In this document: in pieces, positions 57,209 through 64,000 of the stretch
Layout of the letters: each line of letters opens with the position of its first letter
Position numbering within the stretch: position 1 is the stretch's first letter
From: Clostridia bacterium
Lineage (GTDB): Bacteria > Bacillota > Clostridia > HGM11514
NCBI GenBank assembly: GCA_045586685.1
Contig: JAZNAU010000009.1
Coordinates: forward strand, 38,635-102,634
DNA: 64,000 nucleotides
Direction of reading: 5' to 3'
Notes under the pieces: generated by a model
The model's database searches: none
The model's input: only the letters and a program-made list of their open reading frames with translations
What the model was told of the DNA's origin: nothing
Position numbers and translations under genes: made by a program

Positions 57209-60200
57209 TTACTTATCTAACAATCTCTTGATCAGGCTTGTTACCTGTGCACGGGTTGCGTTTTCGCTGGGTGCAAAAGTATTTGCCGTCATACCGCTGA
57301 TAAGACCGGAGCTTACTGCCTGGTCAACATATTCTACTGCCCATGCAGAAATACTGTCTTTATCAGCAAACTGATCAATTTTGCCATTCAGAGGAGATTT
57401 TCCTAAGAATTTGTATGCTTTCATAATCACAACAGCCATTTCTTCTCTTGTGATGGTATCGTCAGGTCTGAAGTTACCGTTGTAACCAACGATTAAGCCT
57501 GAAGCTGCAGCTGCAGCAACTTCATCTGCATACCAAGCATCTGTTGGAACATCTTTAAATACTCCATCGTTATTTGCAGCTGATAATTTTAATGCTCTTG
57601 TGATCAAAGCTGCAAATTCTGCTCTTGTAATAGAGCGATCAGGTTCAAAGGTAGTAGCAGTTACACCACTGACAACTCCCTTATCTGCCATTTGATTGAT
57701 GTCATCTTCAGCCCAGTGACCGATAGTATCGGTGAACTCACCCTCAGCAGGTTTTGTGCTGCTAGTGGTATTTCCGCTATTGCCGGAAATAGAGCTACCA
57801 GGGCCAACGATTGGCTGTCCACCTGTAGGCTCACCGGGTGTTCCGGTAGGTCTTGTAGTAGGTGATGTAGAAGGAGTTGTAGAAGGAGTTGTACTGGATG
57901 CTCTCCAATCATAAGCAACCAACTCTGTCAGATATGTTGTATAAATTACCATATCATCTCCATCGTTCACCTTTACAACACCGCCGTTAGCCAGTTCAGC
58001 TTCTGCAGCTTCCAAAGTATTTTCTTCCAAATTCTTGTTCTTGCTAATTACTTTGTAAGAACCGTTATCCTGCAAGTATGCCAAGGATTTTCCTGCCATA
58101 CCGGGCAGTACAATTTTTACGATTTCAGAAGATTCAATTACCTTACCGGGTTCACCCATGGTAAGAACTGTAAAGTTTTCTCCGGATAAATCTTCAGAAG
58201 GTGTAGTTCCCAGAATGGGTAAGTCAAAGCTTCCATCCCAGTCGTCTGCACTCAAGGTTGCATCTTTTGGAATTTCGGTGGTAACAGTACCATCATCGCC
58301 TTCGTAAGTGAATACATACGCAGGCTGTTCCTTTTCAGGATCCATCTGGAGAGTAACGTCTGTTACAGAAGAATCAACATTGAATGTTGCTTCGGGCAAA
58401 TCGTAATCAATGGTAATTTCTCCGTCTTCAGTTACATCCATCTGTGTATTTGCATTTAATTTTGCTGAATTTATCAGAGTATTCAGGCTTTCAAGTGTTG
58501 CATCAACATCCTTTTGAACCGCACCGGAATTTTCAGCTAATGCCTCTGCTTTTGCAATGGCAGCTTCCAAAGATTCAATATAGGATGCAGGATACTCACC
58601 GTAACCATCCCCCGCTTTTTCTAACAATGCCTTCGCATTCTCGATAGAGGTGTTGAGTTCAGTTACATCTGCTGGCTCTACTGCATAGAACTTTGCAACA
58701 ATATTTTCTCCTTGGTTACCAAGCATAAAGTAACCATCTTTGCCGTTCATAATGCCCTGATCTTCTGCCTTACTGTAGGTTCTTTCAAATACCGGTTCGG
58801 TCATGTCGTCAATGTACAGTACCCATTTTACACCTTCACCGGCAACATCGTATGCACCTACTCCAATGGTGTATTCCGTATCCAGTTCAATTAAATTGTT
58901 TGTAAATACATCTGTGTAACTGTTATCTGCATTAGTTTCAGGTATCTTGGAGCAGAACTGTGCTTCGTTTTGGTCGTTCTTGATCCACCACAGATAGGTA
59001 TCTTTAGTGTAAGTCCATGCGTTTTCCCAAATCGATTTTCTGAATGCGATAGAAACACCATCCACAACCGGAACGATATCGTCTTCCTTATTGGCATCTT
59101 CAATCTTCATCTTGAAGACAAAAATCTGATTGTCAAATTTATCTGCAGTATAGGCAATCGTATTGTTCACAGGTACGGTCATAACACCGTCTTCCAGTGT
59201 TGCATCGCTTCCTTTGCCCTGTGTCCAACCGGATTCATCTTCCAGCAGTTCTGCAATGGACATAAATTCAGATTTAGAAACAATGCTTGATTCAAAGACC
59301 TGAACTCCTACTGTCAGTTTTTCCAGCATTGCATTTACCTGATACTGATAAGCATCGGGGTTATTTGCCATAGCCTGTGCTTCAACAATCAGAGCACTCA
59401 ATTTGTCAATTTCAGACTGAGGATACTGACCTATTTCTTCACCGGCAACTGCATTATTTACCAATGCAAGTGCTGCTGTAATCTTATCACTCAACTCAGT
59501 TACATCAGCGGCTCCTGCTGCACTTACAAAAATCGGATCAGACCAAACGGTTTCACCTCTTAAGGCAGTCATATCAGCAGGAACAATTTCGTATTTCAGG
59601 TATTTTCCGGTATAGTCTTCCAATACTTCAAATTTCTTACCTTCAACACCGCCGAACTCGGATTTCTTACTATTGTCGCCACCGTAAATCATGTCATATT
59701 TACCGTCTTCGGTCTCACTTACATACCAGTAAATCTTGGTATCGCCTTCCAGATCACCGTCTTCATCGGTAAAGGTATAAGCAGCAGTGATATTATATCC
59801 TGCTTTTGCAACACCGTTGATGATTTCCGGCTTAACAGTAACAACAGGCTTATGACCGCCTACCGCTTTGTTACCCAAACCAATTTCGTTAAAGGGAATT
59901 GCTTCAAATTCAGGAGCGGTGGCTTTAATTTTTGCCAACCCCGCATCGGTCAGAGTAAAGTCCTTATTATCAAAGTCTACAAACAATGCCTTGTCTTCTT
60001 CAGTAATTTGATGTTGTGTTCCGTTGTAGTTTTGATAATGGTCTGCCAAAGAATTCATGATAATTGCGCCTAAAGATACGTTATCGTGAATTTTATTGGT
60101 TCTTTCATGAGTTAAGTTATTACCTAAAAATGTCAGTACACCTGCATAATCTTCCTGATCAAACAGAGCTTTTGCACCTTCGTAATTTTCCTTACTGTAG

Positions 60201-63200
60201 TGTTCCAAAGCTGCTGCCCACGGAGTTTCCGCATAACGCACTTTCCATGCATCAAGCCACATCAGCTCTCTTTCAGACTGACTCGCTTTACTGGAATTGT
60301 CCTTTCCGAAAGCCTTTCTCATTTGCATATGAAAGAGCCATGATGAAGCGGCAGTACCAGTAGGAACGGTTGCGCCATACAGTTTCAAACCGTCCGCATC
60401 ATTCCAGTTTCTCATTGAGTAGGAGCCACTCATCTTATCAAAATCCGTACAGATGGAAATATTACCCCAGATATTAGTAAATTCCGGACCGTTACCAATA
60501 GTAGCTGTACCATTGCCTTTTGTATTGGAACCGCCGTTTAGGAATACGTTACCATAAATATTACCACCCGTAGAAGCATCGTCTGTAAATACGCTGACAG
60601 ACTGGTGACCGGCTAAGTGGTTGGAAACCAATTTACTTCCGATATTTTCAAAATAGTTGTAACGAATAGTATGTCCCAAGGAGCTAACCTCACGTCCCCA
60701 GTAAATGGCGCCGCCATCAGAGCTCAACTCACCCAAATTGATCAGTTTATTATACTCGATCAAAGTATCATTACAGTATTCCATCTTAATTGTAAAGATA
60801 TCGATATCGTTAAACTCGTTGTGGTGAATCCATTCCCCAACTGCAGTTGTCATAAATATTGCGGCATCCTTATAATCCGGGAATATATTAACGTGATGGA
60901 AATTATTGTATCTAATTTCATTTCCGCTGGCAGTTAAAGTTTTTCTGCTTTCAGGATTTCCTGTGAGATGAATACCTCTTGCTCCAATATTGTAGAAGTT
61001 ATTTTCTTCTATAATCGTATTGGTACAGTTGGTCATTTCTATACCGCATTGGGTAATGTTTGAAATTTCCGCACCGGCAATTGTAACATTGTCGCAATTG
61101 TTCATTTTAATAGCAGTTTCAACGGTATTCTTAAAGTCAATTCCCTTGAAGGTAACATGAGAAACTCCATTTAAAGAAATGATATTTTTCTTTAAGGTGG
61201 AAATTACCATCTCAGCATCTTCTATCTGTCCGATGGGATAGAAATACAAAATGTTGTTTTCACGGTCCACATAGGATTCGCCCGGTTTGTCAATTTCCGC
61301 AAAGATGTTGGAGAAGAAAATCTTACTTTGAACACCCCAACCAGCGCCTGCTACTGATCCATAGCTGGAGTTATCCAAGGAGGTAACAATTTTCTTTTCA
61401 GCATCAATGCTTTTAATTCTCAGGAAAGTCTGTGCCCAGTAATATACAACCGCACCGCCTACAAATGCGTCACCCTCTTTAATATTCCATTTTGCAGAAC
61501 GATTTTCAGGGTCAGGATATCCGTACATAATAGGAGTTTTTTCGCCATTGTACTTCCCTGCTTTTACATCATCATGTTCTGTCACAGGAGTAGCAACCAG
61601 CAGATTTTGGCTCTGGTCATCATTGGGCCAACGAGCTTCTGTCAACAACTGATTATTCATGTAAATGCGCTTTACTTTTCTTTCGAGTGTATTTCTGGAA
61701 TATCCATTACCATAAGGCTGTAAAGCATCCATTTCTACACCCTGTTCACCCAAATCCAGCATGTACAGATGATCCTTCGCATCTTCTTCAACCAGACCGT
61801 CTAACACTTCCTCATCAGTCACCTTCTGTATTTTGGAAGAATCCAAAGTCTTACCGCCGATAAAGGAAACCTTTTCATTGTTATATGCCTGATATACAAT
61901 CGGACGCCCTTCTGTACCGGAATCTTGTGCAGCAAATGCAATGGTATCAGAAACAGGATAGGTTCCGCCCATGATATTTACGATGATTCCGCCAATAGGC
62001 AGTTCTCCATTCAATTCCTCACGAACGGCACGAATGGTATCTCTTGCCTTTTCGATGGTCTTGAAGGGTTCATTCAGAGAACCGTCGTTGTTATCATCAC
62101 CTTCATCTATGGATACATAGAAGGAAACAACTCCTGTAACCTTAGTAGCATCAACCACGAGTTCTTCCCCAGCCAGACCGTTTAAATCTTTGGGGATAAT
62201 GCGAACTCTCAACCACTTTCCTACATCTGCAATTTTAATGGTATATTTATCATTTGTACCCCTCTGGACTTCAGTAGCTTCGGTAAATTCTTCACTTTCA
62301 GAAGTTTCCCAGATATACTCTGCATCCCCTTTTGCAACATCGCTCACAGAAGGTATGTACTCAAAGGAAGCAGTTACTTCCTGACCTACTTCAAAGGAGG
62401 TAGCGACCATTTGTTCACCGGTACCGGAAGGAGCAACAGAAGCCTCAGTAATTGCCTGTGTTGCGTCAGACTCTTTCGGAGTACCTGTCATGGGCTCATA
62501 ATTACTGGTAGGAGTAACCTTCACTCTTACCTGTTTGCCAAGCATATCCACCTGGGAGCCATCTACCATTGCGGTTTCGCCAATGACATAAGTCTTAGCG
62601 GTTGCCTCCGCAATGTCTTTCCAATCACCGTCAATTTTTACCTGCCACTGATAGGAGGCTGTAGCAGTATCACTTGTGTTGGCATCTGTAACAACAGCAT
62701 TCGCTGTTAAGGTTTGTCCTAGCTGAGCCGCACCGCTAATGGTAACATCACCCTCTACAACAGGTGCCACAGGTACTGATTTCTTTTCAACTACAATGTT
62801 ATCAAGGTATACTACATCGCCTTCCAGTATATTTTGCTTTGCACCAGTATGGTAACGTTGTTGAACCTGATATGCAAATGCACTACCATCGCTAACATAT
62901 GTCATCTCATGGCTGATTCTCTGCCAACTTGTGCTCAACTCAGGATAGACACCATCGTTCGCCATCCAATATTTTAAGTTAGCACTATCATATCCGACTA
63001 ATGCTATGTGGTTGCCATCTTCGTCCTTATTTCTGCTTGCCTTAGCATCCATAGACACTCTATAAGTCACACCGGCTTTAGGTGTTAGACCTTGCAGCAT
63101 TACAAACTTGGTACTACTAGTCTTGTTCGCTGTCATAGTGTTCTTATACACTGTCGAATTTGTCTCTGAATCGGTGACAAAATTACTTGGTTCAGTTGTA

Positions 63201-63676
63201 GTATCGTAATCATTTCTGATTACGCCGGCGGAATGAAGTCCTCCGATTGCATCAAAGTCTGCATAAAGAAGGTTTTCCCAGCCTACTTCTGTAAAGACTA
63301 CTCTAATTTCGGAATCGGCAGATACATTTTCTAAGACAGCCTGATTGTTTACAACAGGCATTTTGGTTCCGTCAATTCCTGCTTGTGTGCCTTGTTTAGC
63401 GGGATTTGCTTCTCTTACATCTGCGTACTTACCGCTTTCAGGAGCTACGGTTAAGATGATGTCCGTGCCCTTTTCAACAGTATATGTTTTTTTACTTCCG
63501 GATAAAGTGTCATCACCACAGGTTACAGTTCCACCTTTTCCAACCTTAACGGTAACGGTAAACTCAACCACATCTTCTGTAGCACTGACTGATACTGCTG
63601 TCATCATACCGATTAGCATGGTCAATGCCATCAGCAGTGATAACACACGTTTTGTTGTTTGTTTCATTTTGTTCAT
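57209..63676 (-). CDS. 2155-aa SLH-anchored multidomain beta-helix glycoside hydrolase (GH141-like)
   Basis: Signal peptide, CBM-like and Ig-like domains, FYVSIDEGDD...ARWPN...DGGAIY...VFTDD core, FIVAR-like repeats, Ser/Thr/Pro linker, 3 SLH repeats (ITRAE, ITREE, ATRAQ). Confidence 0.85.
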   Translation of the reverse strand: MNKMKQTTKRVLSLLMALTMLIGMMTAVSVSATEDVVEFTVTVKVGKGGTVTCGDDTLSGSKKTYTVEKGTDIILTVAPESGKYADVREANPAKQGTQAGIDGTKMPVVNNQAVLENVSADSEIRVVFTEVGWENLLYADFDAIGGLHSAGVIRNDYDTTTEPSNFVTDSETNSTVYKNTMTANKTSSTKFVMLQGLTPKAGVTYRVSMDAKASRNKDEDGNHIALVGYDSANLKYWMANDGVYPELSTSWQRISHEMTYVSDGSAFAYQVQQRYHTGAKQNILEGDVVYLDNIVVEKKSVPVAPVVEGDVTISGAAQLGQTLTANAVVTDANTSDTATASYQWQVKIDGDWKDIAEATAKTYVIGETAMVDGSQVDMLGKQVRVKVTPTSNYEPMTGTPKESDATQAITEASVAPSGTGEQMVATSFEVGQEVTASFEYIPSVSDVAKGDAEYIWETSESEEFTEATEVQRGTNDKYTIKIADVGKWLRVRIIPKDLNGLAGEELVVDATKVTGVVSFYVSIDEGDDNNDGSLNEPFKTIEKARDTIRAVREELNGELPIGGIIVNIMGGTYPVSDTIAFAAQDSGTEGRPIVYQAYNNEKVSFIGGKTLDSSKIQKVTDEEVLDGLVEEDAKDHLYMLDLGEQGVEMDALQPYGNGYSRNTLERKVKRIYMNNQLLTEARWPNDDQSQNLLVATPVTEHDDVKAGKYNGEKTPIMYGYPDPENRSAKWNIKEGDAFVGGAVVYYWAQTFLRIKSIDAEKKIVTSLDNSSYGSVAGAGWGVQSKIFFSNIFAEIDKPGESYVDRENNILYFYPIGQIEDAEMVISTLKKNIISLNGVSHVTFKGIDFKNTVETAIKMNNCDNVTIAGAEISNITQCGIEMTNCTNTIIEENNFYNIGARGIHLTGNPESRKTLTASGNEIRYNNFHHVNIFPDYKDAAIFMTTAVGEWIHHNEFNDIDIFTIKMEYCNDTLIEYNKLINLGELSSDGGAIYWGREVSSLGHTIRYNYFENIGSKLVSNHLAGHQSVSVFTDDASTGGNIYGNVFLNGGSNTKGNGTATIGNGPEFTNIWGNISICTDFDKMSGSYSMRNWNDADGLKLYGATVPTGTAASSWLFHMQMRKAFGKDNSSKASQSERELMWLDAWKVRYAETPWAAALEHYSKENYEGAKALFDQEDYAGVLTFLGNNLTHERTNKIHDNVSLGAIIMNSLADHYQNYNGTQHQITEEDKALFVDFDNKDFTLTDAGLAKIKATAPEFEAIPFNEIGLGNKAVGGHKPVVTVKPEIINGVAKAGYNITAAYTFTDEDGDLEGDTKIYWYVSETEDGKYDMIYGGDNSKKSEFGGVEGKKFEVLEDYTGKYLKYEIVPADMTALRGETVWSDPIFVSAAGAADVTELSDKITAALALVNNAVAGEEIGQYPQSEIDKLSALIVEAQAMANNPDAYQYQVNAMLEKLTVGVQVFESSIVSKSEFMSIAELLEDESGWTQGKGSDATLEDGVMTVPVNNTIAYTADKFDNQIFVFKMKIEDANKEDDIVPVVDGVSIAFRKSIWENAWTYTKDTYLWWIKNDQNEAQFCSKIPETNADNSYTDVFTNNLIELDTEYTIGVGAYDVAGEGVKWVLYIDDMTEPVFERTYSKAEDQGIMNGKDGYFMLGNQGENIVAKFYAVEPADVTELNTSIENAKALLEKAGDGYGEYPASYIESLEAAIAKAEALAENSGAVQKDVDATLESLNTLINSAKLNANTQMDVTEDGEITIDYDLPEATFNVDSSVTDVTLQMDPEKEQPAYVFTYEGDDGTVTTEIPKDATLSADDWDGSFDLPILGTTPSEDLSGENFTVLTMGEPGKVIESSEIVKIVLPGMAGKSLAYLQDNGSYKVISKNKNLEENTLEAAEAELANGGVVKVNDGDDMVIYTTYLTELVAYDWRASSTTPSTTPSTSPTTRPTGTPGEPTGGQPIVGPGSSISGNSGNTTSSTKPAEGEFTDTIGHWAEDDINQMADKGVVSGVTATTFEPDRSITRAEFAALITRALKLSAANNDGVFKDVPTDAWYADEVAAAAASGLIVGYNGNFRPDDTITREEMAVVIMKAYKFLGKSPLNGKIDQFADKDSISAWAVEYVDQAVSSGLISGMTANTFAPSENATRAQVTSLIKRLLDK

Positions 63677-63862
63677 CCTTTCATTTTGATTTTTTAGACC
63701 TGTTTCAAAAATGCCTCCTTACTTTTTGAAGTTAAATTCAAGCCTCATTTCTCAAGTATTATTATACTTGAAAATCAGCAATTTGTCAAGACGTATCATG
63801 AAAAATTATTGCCTTTTTTAAAAAGTGAAAGTCAAAAATAAGGACTGAATAATAGCAAAAAT

Positions 63863-64000
63863 ATCCCCCCGTACAACGGGGGGTATTTCATTTTCGGGCA
63901 TAGCCCTATCCTCTACTGGCTACGCACAAGTGCGTTTTTTTATTGGGCTGCCATGGAATTGCTACTTGTTACCCATAAATAGGCTGTACTGCTTTATCAA
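63863..64000. mobile_element. Non-autonomous palindromic element, copy C (cut by window end)
   Basis: Matches 28888-29030 including the terminal hairpin. Confidence 0.8.

Noticed and set aside
57820-57897. Short repeats GTTGTAGAAGGA
   Set aside because: They encode the ordinary Ser/Thr/Pro linker before the SLH domains

Overview
A 64-kb chromosomal window from an AT-rich, spore-forming Clostridia-type anaerobe. The lineage is inferred from spoVG, a gerABC operon, and SLH and copper-amine-oxidase-N surface proteins. Most of it is housekeeping: mfd-pth-prs-spoVG/murC, nth-iorAB-paaK-ACT, recR-comM-nadE, recJ-relA-MBL-hemZ, mutS2, rodA, and three tRNAs (Ile2-CAT, Leu-GAG, fMet). Accessory parts are a small glycan-use locus (AraC, beta-helix enzyme, orphan SBP), a TPP-riboswitch thiM-thiE-HAD/thiD cassette, a Y-family polymerase/YolD pair, an XRE/GGDEF pair and a 2155-aa SLH enzyme. 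The most unusual signal is non-coding. (i) A ~180-190-nt element built from a constant heptamer (ATGAATT/AATTCAT) alternating with different mini-hairpins starts exactly at a tRNA CCA end, and two direct copies bracket the thiamine cassette. (ii) A GC-rich structured segment in the same islet ends in a tRNA-like 3' end. (iii) A second heptamer-repeat array lies behind tRNA-fMet. (iv) Three copies of a ~370-nt palindromic element resembling an IS200 end fused to REP-like hairpins occur, two of them bracketing the SLH enzyme gene. No CRISPR array, integrase or intact transposase was seen. All calls come from motif recognition only; no searches were run.
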